A DNA stretch of 58,441 nucleotides, counting the filler, from Sphacelaria rigidula (Eukaryota), in the NCBI GenBank assembly GCA_964200075.2. It is 5 parts of 5 records of this genome, joined end to end, with 100 filler letters (N's around TTAATTAATTAA, not from the genome) between each part and the next. Parts side by side here need not be neighbours in the genome. Positions count along the whole stretch, not along the records: positions 11,710 to 23,317 come from CAXNAA020004711.1; positions 23,418 to 35,025 come from CAXNAA020004712.1; 3 more parts are not named here. One strand, given 5' to 3'. The first letter of the stretch is position 1, and the number at the start of each line of letters is the position of its first letter. This document shows, piece by piece, positions 12,384 to 24,556 of this stretch. The notes beneath the pieces were generated by a model. The model saw nothing but the letters and a program-made list of their open reading frames with translations. It was not told the DNA's origin and did no database searches. A program made the translations under genes and the position numbers.

Positions 12384-15300
12384 ATGTCGCGCCGAACTGC
12401 TAGGACCCGAGCAACTCTAGCCGTGATAGCACGACGAGTTATGAGGAGGGAGCGCCGAAAAACAGCCGCGATACTTATCCAGAAGCAAGTGCGGAGGCGG
12501 CAAGGGAAACGCCGAGCGATTGTCATGCGAAAAATACGGGCCCTCGAGAATAAGGAGAATCTCCACGCGAAGAGGCAAGCTTATCCTGAGCAAAACAGGG
12601 CGAATGGAAACATCAATAAAAATTCACTAATCGACATGAGCGTTGGGCCTGAAGTTTACTGTTTTTTCCATCTTGTTGGTCTAGCTCCAATGCCGTCACC
12701 TTTTCCTTCCCACGATAGGTTGGGCTCGCAGGCGATGTGAAGCGGCATGCATTCGCCCCTCTCCGCGTAACAACCCACGGGTGTACTCCTTAGATGCAAG
12801 TGTTTTCAAGTACTCATCGTGTCAACATGACTGTTGTTTATCGCTGGATTACCGTAGTCTTCAGGATAAGCACAGCTTTGCCTTGGGGGTAAAACACACA
12901 GGGCAGCACCTACTACGGCGCCAAGAGCAAAGTTGTACTCCTCTGCGTGATATGTTACGATCGGTAACTGCGTTGTTGTGTTTCGGTGACTGCGTATTGC
13001 AAAATACTGTAAAAGAGATGCTTTGCTGGGATCTATCTTGGGTGAGAATACGCTAATTCTTCGACGTCCTTGCACGTGGGCTTCAATTATTTAAATCTGA
13101 AGATTTCGTATCCTCCAATTTTTGGCGTTGATATTTTCCTTTCACAATAGAATCCACGACCTCGAAGAGCACTTCCAGAGGGAGGGAGCCGTGTTGAGGA
13201 TACAGGCGTTCTGGAGGATGCGCGTCGTGAGGACTAGATTGAGTGCGTACATAAGGATAGCGAAGCGTCGGAAGGCAATCAAAATACAGCGGACGGTCAG
13301 GATGTTCCTGGCCAAGCAGGAGTTACATCGCCTCAGACAGGCATTTCGCAGGAGGTGTGTGTTACACGTCCCTCACGCTATGTGTCAAGTTGCGTACGCT
13401 GGCGCGAGCCCGCGAAATCGGTGGCCGGGCACTACCTGAGACAATGGTACAAGAGAAGGGAAGCCCAGTATCATGCCTCAAACTGTGTGGTGAGTACCAG
13501 AGAAAGCGGCCGCATTCGATGTTGGGCATTCTGAGAGCGCCGGGTGTGCCCTGGTACATAGGCACGGCGCTGTGCCAATCACGTAGCGCAGAAAAGCCAC
13601 CAGTAATGCGTTGTGAAGATCATGATGCCAACCCTGAATAGTGTTCATGGATGGTGAGTACTCGACAGACTCCTGCGCGGGATTTTCCCTTTTGTATACG
13701 CTAACATCCACATCATCCCCCCCACCGGGTACGTGAAAGCCTGAGTGCCCCAACACTAGGATCGGAAAAATCACGTTTCAGAGATTTGCCGTGCCGTCCT
13801 TATCTCCACAGACCCAAACTTTCACCGCAGTTGTGAATTGCGGTGATTGTTTGTCTCAAACTGCGATGTGATTCCATCGCGCCGCAGAGCATGGGAAATT
13901 ATCTACCGAGTCCAGTTTAGCTGTGTAACACCCTCTCGGTGCGCGACCTGCTGCCCTGCCCGGGTGCCCAAACTCTAGCCTCTGCTGCACATGCGACATA
14001 CTAGTATTTCTCAAAAGAACGACCTGCTAAAGACCCGCCGATGGTGATTGTTCGCCGATTGTTTGCCCAGGTTTGCAGCGGAGATAGCAGCATCCGTCGA
14101 GATTCAGTGCCTGGCGAGGAACATCATTGCGCGGAATAAAGTGGAAGCCTTGCGATTCAACAGGAGAAGGTGAAGCAAATAACATCATGTTTTCGACTAG
14201 CTAGAGCTTGCGTTTCCATCGGGCCTTTCCGATGAAGATATTGCATACGTTTGCACGACAGACCCGGGATTGACGTGGTACTCATACTCATCCATCCTGT
14301 CGAACTGCACGAGAAGTTCAGCGAATGTTCCTATTCCTGGTGTTGTGTCATCTCCTCATGTGAATCGCTCCGCAACTGTTCCCTCTCAGCCCCGCGTGGG
14401 TGGCCCCATATCGTGCGCGTCGAGACAAAAGATATTGCAGCGCGGAAAAAGCTCTCGCACTATGCTAGTTGCCCCAGGAAGAGAAGGATGCATTACAAGG
14501 GGCAGCCCAGCATAAGTCTATTATTAGTACTGCTAACGTAAAAATCGTCAGTTTCCCCATCTCAGACTCATCTTTTTGTATCAACTGGTAGCCTTTGGGG
14601 CTCCAGCTACCTCATTGATCGCGCCGTGATTCCATGTAGCACTTGGCGCGGTGAGGAGGTCATACTCCGGGGTATTGGATGGGGTTCGGAATGACGTGGG
14701 AGCCTGTCGTGCGCAATGCATGGAGGCGGCGACTCAGCAAGTGCCCTACTCCTCGACCTAGCAACACACTGCAAACAAGCTTTGCAATGTCCTTGACGCG
14801 TCAAAGGGTGTATGGTGCTCTCTGCATTGGCAATACCATCACCGCAAATTTGGCAATAATTCGATTTTTCGGTTTGTCGGGTAGACATGCTACTTTGTTC
14901 AGCATATGATTCCGATACTGTTAGGCATGTGTTCGTTTACACAGCAATCCTCGCGTGTTGGAAGTGATTGAGGGTTGTGACGGTAAGTATTACGCCACAG
15001 TGCACTCGGATATTACTAGCTGTGTGGTCTGCTAAATAGTGTATGCGAAGAGAGAGGAGTTGCAGACGGAGCAACAAGCAGTGCTCTGCGTGTCACGATA
15101 TACATACTGTATGCATACATGGAAGTATGGGATTCCTCAACCAGCGTTGTTGTTCGGCCCACCTCACAGCTGCGGCATTTTGTTTTTGGCCACACCTTTA
15201 ACCCATCCCCTTCCTGCGAACAAGCCTCAAGGGACCCACGCGTCTCTCCCCCAGTTCACGCTTTGCAATTGGGTATTGCGGATTGGACCGTGACCATCAG

Positions 15301-18300
15301 CACTCCCGCACTACGTCGAATCTCGCCAAACAAACTCAGAGAAACAAAAAAATCTACGCGTGTCGTCGCGGTTTCAACGGCAGGAATCAGACACTTCGCA
15401 GAAATAATTCAAACTCAACCCATCCGGTAGGAATTGAATCCACATTTTTCGATCTAATGGCGTCAGTTGTACCATCACACCACCGGAACGCGGTGGCTGC
15501 ACCAAACACCACCGCCGTGACTGGATAGCACCACCGGTAGGGTTTTTTCATTTTTGGTCCACCATGTGTTTGACAATTGCTGGGTACCGACGATGTAGGG
15601 TGTCCGCTTAAAGAAACTATTGCACTGCCTGTACAATAACTACTGTGTTGTAGCAGTCTCTTCTGACTCCCTGGCGTCCGTTACTTGATTTATTGGTTGC
15701 GGCACATGTTAAGGGATCCACGATCAATCCAAACGTGGTAATAGAAGATACGTGCCCAAGTGAGATAAGCGGAAAGACGGGCTGAGGGCAAAATTTCACC
15801 CCCGCTTGATGTGTGCAGCATATGAAGATTAGGAGACAATGTAAGTCACGAAAGTTAGATAAGCGGAAAGACGGGCTGAGGGCCAATTTTCACCCCCCGC
15901 TTTTTGTGTGCAAACTATGAAGATTAGGAGGCAATGTAAGTCATGTGCGCCTGAAGGAATCTAAGTTGTTGTAGCTTACACCCCTCTATTCTCGTGGGGT
16001 GTCAACTGTCGTGCAAACAAGGAGTCTGGGAAATGTATTAGATTGAGCACAGCGGTACCTCTTCTATAGCTACCGCACACAGATCACCTTCCGATGCCAG
16101 CATGTGGTATGCCTTGCGATCTTCCTGGGGGCATTATGACAACAATCCCGCGGGCCAAAAACGCGGTTTCGTCGAGAACGAGCCCACGCAGATATGTGCA
16201 TGCTTATCCGTGACAAGATGTGTCTGTGGATAGCGGAATCCTTTCCTGGTAGTTCTTGGTGCGGTGAATGCACTGTGCCCAGCACGTGTCTGCCACCAAG
16301 GCGGGGGCACCAGCTTGTCTTGCGCTCGTCATATGAACACCGCACCAAAGATTCCGGTAGTCAAATGCATCGTGGCCATGCTGGGTGGTGCACCTCGGCT
16401 CCCATAGCCCCACTTCTCAAAGGTGTTCGACACGTCTGCAGGACGGTCGGTCTGCTCAGACCGCGCGAACATTTGGTCGAACACGATCGCGGTGGTTTTC
16501 GGATGTGGAATGCTCAGTGCACTGCATCTATGATAGCGATAGAGCATGCCATGGCTGTCGGGCTGGTGAGTGAGGTGTGCTGGGCCGTGCGCTTGAAACA
16601 CCGGTGCCTACCTGGTCTACCGTCTCTCGAAAGATAGCGCTAGTACGAAATGGACGCGCGATGGCTGGCAGAAGGTTGTGCTCTTCAGTGCAAACAGGTC
16701 CGCCGTACGTTTGCACGTAACCTGTAATTTGCACGAAGGAAGCGGCATAGGGACATGGCCTGAAAACAAAAGCAGAGAAAAGAAGCAGCCGTAAAAAACA
16801 AAGGAGAATCAGACAGAGTGATACTGACATGGACGTCAGACTTAAACGAGGACCGGTCTCGAGAACCCTCTGACAGATCCCTGCCACGGCCTGCGGTGAA
16901 GAGGTCGTAGGAAAACCAAGTCCGCGGAAGCAGGTTGCGACTCGGCTATGTAGAGATCGTGCAATTGATCAGAAATTCTCAGCCGTCAGAAGAAGAGGCA
17001 AAAACACTAGCACGGCAGCCTCAGAAAAAAAACAAGAAAGAAAGGGTGAGCAATAAGCAGAGCAGCAGCACATGCACAGCAAGCAGAACTAGGCAACATC
17101 GCGTAAGTTTCAAGTCAAGGGGAGATGTAAACAGCCGATTGGGTTGAAACGGGGGTATTACTGTCCCTGTAACCCCTTCCAGACCCCTCGCTCTCAGTCA
17201 GGGAGAAAGCAGGCCCTTCTCTCGGTGGTTTCAGAGTTGGATTCCTCGCCGTTATTGTTGCCGTTATTGCCGTAGCGGCGGCTCACCTCCTGGCAGCTCT
17301 CAACGTAGCAGCTTCTTCGTGTTGGCGTTGGCTGCACCGGTGGAGACCTTCGCGTCGGCATACCACCCCGAATCCCCCGCCTCCTTCTTAGTACCCAGGT
17401 GCCACTTGCGACAGTAACTCGGCCGTGCGCGTCTTTGACCCCACGATCGTCAATCGAGTTCACCTCTCGTTTTCTCCCTCCCGTGGGATAGCCTCCGGGG
17501 CACGCAGCTCCTCCTGAAGGCCGTCCCCTCAGTGGTTCGAGGGCCGGTCTGGCTCCTTGGGTCCTTGTGTAGCAACAACTCGAGCACGATGCGCTTCGGC
17601 GAACGTGTTTTGTCCTCCCGGGCTGGAGCCCCCGCAAACCAGAAGCCCCTTCTGTGGATGGCCGTCTTGATGCCTTCATGTTTGGTCATCTTCAGCACAG
17701 ATCTGGGCAAAAGGAATACTGCGTCCGACGTGATCCTTTCTGCGGAAGCCAGCTGCTTGTGAGAGGAGATTTATGGTGGGGCGTGCGCGGACGGTTGAAT
17801 TATTTGCGCGCTATGGCATGCCCTTCCACCGCCCCCGCTTTGATCTGCTTGATCTTACGCGATGGATGGTTATTGGGTCGATCAAGGAGTGGGGAGCTAC
17901 GTATTCTTCTCCGAGGTATGGACACTCTGCGACGATGCGGCGCGTGAACTCGATGAAAATGCTTGCGTCTTCCCTCATAGTATCAAGGTCGGTAAAGCAC
18001 ATGTTCAGTGGGTTGCTCGCCCGTCTCGATCCTACAGTCGACGCACGATAAGTATCATGACGGGGGTCGATCGTTTGCGCCGGAATCCGTACTGCTGTTC
18101 CGCAAGGAACTCCATCCTCTCGCTTATACTCCCGAGCCTGTTGGCCACGACTTTGAGGAGTAATTTAACAGCGTGCGCCATGGGGGAGATACCCCTATTG
18201 TCACCATACTTGGTCCAACCCTTCTCCCTGTGTCGCACTTTTAAAGGGAAGTCCTACACCATACTGCAGTACCTTGCTAGACGTCCAGTCAACAAGGATT

Positions 18301-21300
18301 ATTCCGTAAAAGTTGCGCGAAATATTCAAAGAATCCCTCACCAATCTGAGCTTGGCAGGTAGCAAGTAGTCCATGGGGTCCCATCGCTTGGGCGTTCGCC
18401 ACAGCTTTCAGTGCCTCTACCGTTTCACCCAGTATTGGTGGGTTTCCAAGCGGCATAGCGCCGGGTAGTGGTGTGATGCTGTCGATGACGGCTGGATCGA
18501 AGCCTCCCAGTGGCGTGTTCAGCGAAGCAAAGAAGTGCAACTGCCCATCTCTCACAGATCTAGTCCCTGCCCCATAGCGGTTCCCTCATCCCGTCCCTGA
18601 TGTACCGGTCACTCTCGGTTTTTCTTCCCTCTACCCTCCACCTTTCTTTCGAACGCCCTCACGATACCATCCTTTCATGTACCCAGTTCTCGTACACTCG
18701 TGCACTCCCCTAGAATGCACGTCCAAGTATTTTTCCATCCCAGCTTGGGTCACATATTTCAGCCCCCCACTACCCCGTCTCTGAACCCCTCGTATATCTT
18801 CAGGTGCTCTTACTCGTCCACTTTCCGTCTTAGCGCTTGTTTTTGCCATCTTTCCATCATGTTTCCAACTTCTGTCTTGCCCCCCCCACATTCACCTTTG
18901 GACATTATCTCGTCTTGATTTCCTCCTATATCCTTCCATACTTTCTCGACTACGCGATCCCACCATATTCCAGCCTGCCCTTTCGTTACTTTTTCCCATA
19001 CAGCTCTATCGACTATGGTTCGTATATCTCTTTTTTAGCATGTTTCCTGCGTTGTATTACCGTTTCAAATTTCTCGTGTCTCCGTGTGTTTCACGTGGAT
19101 ACATTCCCGATCCTGCTCTCAATACTGTATTACTCGTCGGTTTCGACCATTTATGTATTTTCTTAGCTGCTATCATCTGCACTGTTTTCAGCTGCTTAAC
19201 AAACTTCGCGTTCCCTTCCCATGCTTCCCAGGCATATTCTAGCCTCGGTACAATCACATTGATCAGAACACATATTTTGATCCTAGTTTGAGTCTCTTGG
19301 GATCATCTCCATCTTGCCTATCTGTACCTTACCCTTTCCCATCACTTCATCTATGTTTGCTTCCCAAGAAAATTGTTTTGAGATCTCTACGCCGACATGT
19401 GTATCCTAAACTACGATCGGAGATTCCTCTTTGCTCCACTTCCGTGCAACTCTACCGGGTCCACTGCGGCGTTGGGTGGGGGGTTGGTCGTTGTCTGCTG
19501 CCCGCGCATGTACACAATATATCGAAAGTACCAACCATAGGTGCCGTTACCAGCTATTCCGCGCATGCCCGCATTTATGACATCCGTGTGTTTCTTCAAC
19601 AGAAGGATTGTCTTATAAACATATATGAATGGCAGACGGACCCATACCCTAAATCGCCGGTTGACATTCGTAAGCGTACAGGTGCTTCAGTTGCCAGAAT
19701 ATCGAGGCTGCATATATTAGCATGTTTCGGCTGCTTTACGACTTGGATACCTCGGTATTCACCGAGGGAGAGAACGGATTAAGGTGGTGTTCAATGAAGC
19801 AACTCAACCGATGGTATGTATGTGTGCTGTCCTTCGCATACCACTCTCGTTGGTCCCGTGATATCTCAATAGCTATGCGCTCGGCTCCGAACACTTGCCA
19901 GTCTGTTGAACAACAAGGGGTATGCCTGTGATTTCAGCGCTACCTGTGAACGAGAAAGGCTCATGCTTCACTTAAATCCATATCAACGTGCCGCGTTACT
20001 CCTTGAACGCAGGGGTGGTACTCGCCATTCGTGTGATAGCGTTTCGAGATGAGTTGTACACTCCGTCAAAGCGGACCCATGTAAAAAGATTATCAGTTTT
20101 TTTCCGTCAGTCGTCAGTCGTATGGGGTAGGCTTTTGTACCTTGAACGTACTTGAAATTTTCTTCTCTCCCTGCATATCTAGGGAGGAGCTTGTATCCAC
20201 AATGGATGCGGAGCACGCTCTCAGAGACCAAAGGCGAGAGATACCATATCTCAAGGCTTCAGGTCCGAGAACAAGTGGGATAGTTACAGCGGAGGGGAAA
20301 GGAAAGCCATTCATACTTGACCCCGTCGCCCTCAAGGTATGGAAAGGGCAATACTATGAAACACGTCCCTAATAGGCGATCTCAGATAGCTGAGTCGCAC
20401 CCTGCTTCCATCGCCTCCATTGTCGCACGGCCTCCTCGCCTCAACAGTAAAGCCCTGGCCAGAACCTGTCTGGGATTTCTCGGAACCGTTCACACCCTAG
20501 ACAATGACAGTATATGGTGAATACATACAATAGACACAAAATGTACTGGGTAAAGTATAGGCCTATTGCAGCTGTTGTCGACAATAGTTGCAATATACCT
20601 ATACTTTACCCAGTACATTTTTGTCCCTTGCATCTCTTGACCATATACTGTCATTGTCCAGGGTGTGGAACATTAGGCTGATGTCTAATGTCAGTTCGTT
20701 ATTTTTTGTTTGCTTCTTCTGCCCTTTCTTTTTTTCTTTTGTGTCCCGACTTCTTCTCGCGTTTCCTCCCGCGACTGTTTTCGTTTGATGTACCTACCTC
20801 AAGTACGTATACCCCGTGGCCATGGCTGGAATCGTAGTGGATCCATCACCTTACGTGCGATCGCTGATCAGTGCACTAGTTACATGCGCCGACGTATGCA
20901 TCGAGAAATCTAGAATCCAGCACTGCTACAGAACAACGTGCATCATCGTGATGCTACAGCGTGGCCCCACTACGCCGCCACCCTCGTGGCTAGCGTTTGG
21001 CCTCCGTATGGGGTGCTAGGGATCGACGACAACAACGAGATTGAACAGGTAACGGTTAGGCATATGCACAACCGAAACGCTGTCGTTTTGCATTCACGAC
21101 CGACCAACCTCCAAGTCTGTCGTCTCGCCTTCCTGGGTGGATATGGAGTGTACGATAGATAGAGGGATGGAAGACAGCCGACGACTTTAGCTGATGAAAA
21201 CCATGACGGCAAGCATACCCGTCATAAAAACCCATGTTGACAGGATCACCTGCAACCTCTCACTCTCGCCCGCTTCCCACGGTTTCGCACGACTGGCTCT

Positions 21301-21619
21301 GTCACATGCTAGGTGAAGATGGCCAACTCCAGACGTGCTATGAACCCCTGGCAACACAAAACTGACAAAAAATCAGCAACCAAGATTCAGTCTGTGTGGA
21401 GAGGCTACCGCCAGGTACACGTAATTCACCAGCGGAAGCTGTTGTTTTGTACCCTAGTACTGCAGCTCTACTCAAGGGACGTGATACCTTGAAGAATATA
21501 ACGGAGGGGGGGGGGGGGGGGGGGGGTTTATTTTTTTTTTTCTGTTTTGTTGTGTAGGGTTGAAAAGATATTTTGTTGGATGTTTGTTTATATTGATNNN
21601 NNNNNNNGAGAGGGGGAGT

Positions 21620-21655
<36 letters not shown>

Positions 21656-22910
21656 GGGGGGGTATTCATTTGTTGCTTGCCTTCGTTGTTTGACCATTAA
21701 CAACATATATATATATATACATGTATATATATAACGGGGACGCAACACCACAAACAAAAAAGAAATATCATACCCTAGTCTTGTGGGTTAGCGCTTTTGG
21801 CAACGGGAAGCAACTGCTGGTCATCGAGGGCCATGTTCCCGTTGCAATCTTGTCCAGTTCGACTCGTACTCGATCTTCCTGCGTCTTTGATAACGATCCA
21901 CAATCATTAGGGTTGGGGACTGGCGCTACGCGCCAGTACCAGGTAAACTGACTGCGGCGAGCAGCAAGTTTACTGGATCCCATCAGTACATTGGTGTCGC
22001 GGCGAAGCCGCGTGGTCGTAGCGCAGCCGCGACCACCACCGCCCCCCTCCGGCTGGAGGGGGCAACGCCGGAGGCGCCCCGCCGGAGGCGTATTTTTACG
22101 CGATTTGGCTTCACTAGAAGATATTTTTCGGGTTATTTTGGGCCACTTCAGTGTTGCCTGCCCGGGTGTGAAAACGTTTCTTCTTTGAATAGTTGTTAGT
22201 ATACCCAGAGAAAAACTTCAAGAATCGTGATTCGCTGGAGGCCGCGGCGGGTCCAGGGATCTGATGGCCCGGGCTCGGGTCTGAAGCGGGCGGGCTGCTG
22301 CTGCTAGTGACATATTGGTCCATCGATTTTGTGGTCTTCCTCTAGTATGTGTGTGCCCTGTTCTCAACCTCTCTCCTCTCCTGCCTCTCATGCGGCGCAG
22401 TTTCGGTGGGTTTCCATGTGGTTCAGGAGGCATAATATAGGACGTACGTGAGATGGGTATGTACTGGCTGTACTGGCAGCCTCTGACGCAGTACAGGAAA
22501 ACTGCCAGTACAGGAATACTGTCAGTAGATACTGGTCCAGTCCCCAACCCTAACAATCATCGATACTTTTCGCAGTTTGACATAAGCTGAGAGTATCGCA
22601 ATGCTTGCCATAGCAATGCTGAACACTGTTGACATCCCGATACTCTCCTGCATACGTTGGCATACCTATCCCGCAATAGCATGATGGTAGTACCATTGCT
22701 CTCGAAACATGAGCGGTGACGCCAAACACGAGGCAAACGTCATCATGTGCAGAGTACCCGTGTGCTCCTAAAATAATACCCCAACGTTTGCCTACGCTAC
22801 TTCCCGCCCGTGCTCTTCCCTGTCCGAAACAAAAGGTCGTACGGGTACGTAGGATCCGAACGCAGCGTCGTCGTGAAAGGATAGAAAGCCAGCGCAACAA
22901 AATGTTGAAG
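12384..22910 (+). CDS. IQ calmodulin-binding motif-containing basic protein, spliced, partial
   Basis: Exons ~12384/12403-12574, 13151-13354, 14071-14169, probably 19682-19783, 20183-20336, 20932-21048, 21313-21414 and 22836-22910 join in consistent phases. IQ-type motifs: LIQKQVRRRQGKR, IQAFWRMRVVR, IQRTVRMFLAK, IQCLARNIIAR, IQSVWRGYRQ. Extra exons in 14170-19681 (e.g. 16442-16565) are possible. Both gene ends are unresolved. Confidence 0.7.
15763..15945 (+). repeat. Two-copy ~94-bp tandem duplication
   Basis: AGATAAGCGGAAAGACGGGCTGAGGGC...TATGAAGATTAGGAG-CAATGTAAGTCA occurs at ~15763 and ~15857. Confidence 0.85.
17160..18560 (-). mobile_element. Degenerate RTE-like LINE (reverse transcriptase remnants) in an intron of the IQ gene
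   Basis: Frameshifted peptides typical of non-LTR RT: ETVEALKAVANAQAMGP, NRGISPMAHAVKLLLKVVANRL...EQQYGFRRKRST..MILIVRRL, MCFTDL, and C-terminal AIHRRGFWFAG...RSPKRIV. Confidence 0.85.
18600..19340 (-). mobile_element. 3' fragment of a second LINE (post-RT C-terminal region)
   Basis: Peptide IVPRLEYAWEAWEGNAKFVKQLKTVQMIAAKKI...SNTVLRAGSGMYP resembles the PxLEYxxxVW..LExVQxxAxxxIL segment that follows non-LTR RT domains. Multiple stops and frameshifts. Confidence 0.75.
20488..20671. repeat. ~185-bp palindromic (hairpin) interspersed element
   Basis: Arms CACACCCTAGACAATGACAGTATATGG...AAAATGTACTGGGTAAAGTATAGG and CCTATACTTTACCCAGTACATTTT...CCATATACTGTCATTGTCCAGGGTGTG, centred on TTGTCGACAA with essentially no loop. 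Confidence 0.85.
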
Positions 22911-23317
22911 GTAAGAGGCACGAGTGTTGCCGGGTTGGTCGATAGACTGTATCCTACGCGTCGATGTGTACGTTGCCACAGATGCGCTATTGTTCGGACG
23001 AAGTATTCGTTATTTTTGACGGCGACTCAGCAATGAAGATCGCCGTCAGACCTTCGCATCTCCACTTAGCCTTGCGGAAACGAGCACGCCGACACGAAGG
23101 CCTGTATGATATTCCGCCTTCTTGAGGGCCAATGCCACGGTTTTCGGCTTGTGGAGGTCTTCACATTTTGAGTATTGTACCGAATCTGTAGTGGCGAGAA
23201 AAACACAAGAATACCCTCGTCGGCGTACTGCTTCAACTCCGCAGGACACTTTCTACGATAGCCCCCCCCAAAAACCAGCTAAAAGTGTCACGCAAAAAAT
23301 GGCCATACAGCGCCTGA

Positions 23318-23417
23318 NNNNNNNNNNNNNNNNNNNNNNNNNNNNNNNNNNNNNNNNNNNNTTAATTAATTAANNNNNNNNNNNNNNNNNNNNNNNNNNN
23401 NNNNNNNNNNNNNNNNN
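23318..23417. other. Artificial contig-join spacer
   Basis: Same N44-TTAATTAATTAA-N44 structure. Confidence 0.97.
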
Positions 23418-24556
23418 GGCTGATGCACCCACATATACCGAAAGGTGCAGACTGGTGCCCAGAATAAATGGGACGACAACACACACTAAATGACCGCTTT
23501 TCACTCTCAATCGTATCCTCTACTCTCAATCTCACGAAAACATTGTTTATAGCAGTTTCGAGTCCCGCTCCCGTGAAGCTCAAACATCATGGTCCGAAAT
23601 ACCTCACTGTAGCTGAATCGTACCCTACTCCCACGGCATCTTTGTTTTTGCTTTTTGCACACGGTCACTTTTACCCCAACTCATGCTGTGAGGGCAGGCC
23701 ATTTCTAGTTCATTTTACTTGTTTTTTATTGACACCGTTTTCATTTCTTCTTTTCAGAGTTCTCCTCTTTTTATTTCCTCTCGTTACATGTTCCCTTGTT
23801 CTTGTGTTTCAGTTTACTCCGTTTTGTTTGTTCCGTCTTCTTGTGCTTTCCTTCAGCGAGCCTTTCCGTTATTGTGAATAATGAATAATGACCAATAATG
23901 ACCACGGCTGGGTTCCTCGGGGATCAGTTTGATGTCTTCCATTGTGCAAGGTGTGATGATCAATCAGCCCATCCACCCATCGACCAATGAATCAACTACT
24001 GCAACAATCAGCCCTTCACTTTTTACAGTTTGTTCCGATTATTTTCTTTAGTACAATACCCATCGTACGAATGTCGAGGATCTGCGGCAGTACTGAGGAG
24101 TCATGTTCCAATGCTTGACAGCGAAGTGGAAGTTGGTGGCGCCCTCGAGTGTGCGCCAAAATACCCCCCAAAACTCGGTGCCTTCACGTGAGTGGTTGAC
24201 AGATGGATTAGATGGTTGTCGCACATCAACTCATCAACTCATCTCCGAGAGATCAGAGAGACGCAACCAAGCAACCAAGCAGCCAAGCTATAAAACACGG
24301 AAACGCTCGCTATCCTGAAAGCTAGCGAATAATATTTCACGGCGTTAAACCTCAGGAAGTAAAAACGAGAGACAACGCAACGGGAAGTATGTACATATAA
24401 TACAAGACAGAAAAACCCCAACGGAAAGGAGAATGCAAGCACCAATGGCCGGTATATCGGTGTGCCGAAGGGGAGAATGGGGAGGGGGGAGAAGGAGGGG
24501 GGCGACGCATCCACACCATTCATGAAATCGTTGGGTGTGTTCAGTGTATCATATAC

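Noticed and set aside
10611..12384. Divergent (head-to-head) methyltransferase / IQ gene pair with a shared promoter
   Set aside because: An artificial contig join lies between them, so adjacency is not evidence.
16934..17046. Extra exon of the IQ gene
   Set aside because: It has a GTGAGC donor but no pyrimidine tract, does not preserve phase, and abuts the LINE 3' region.
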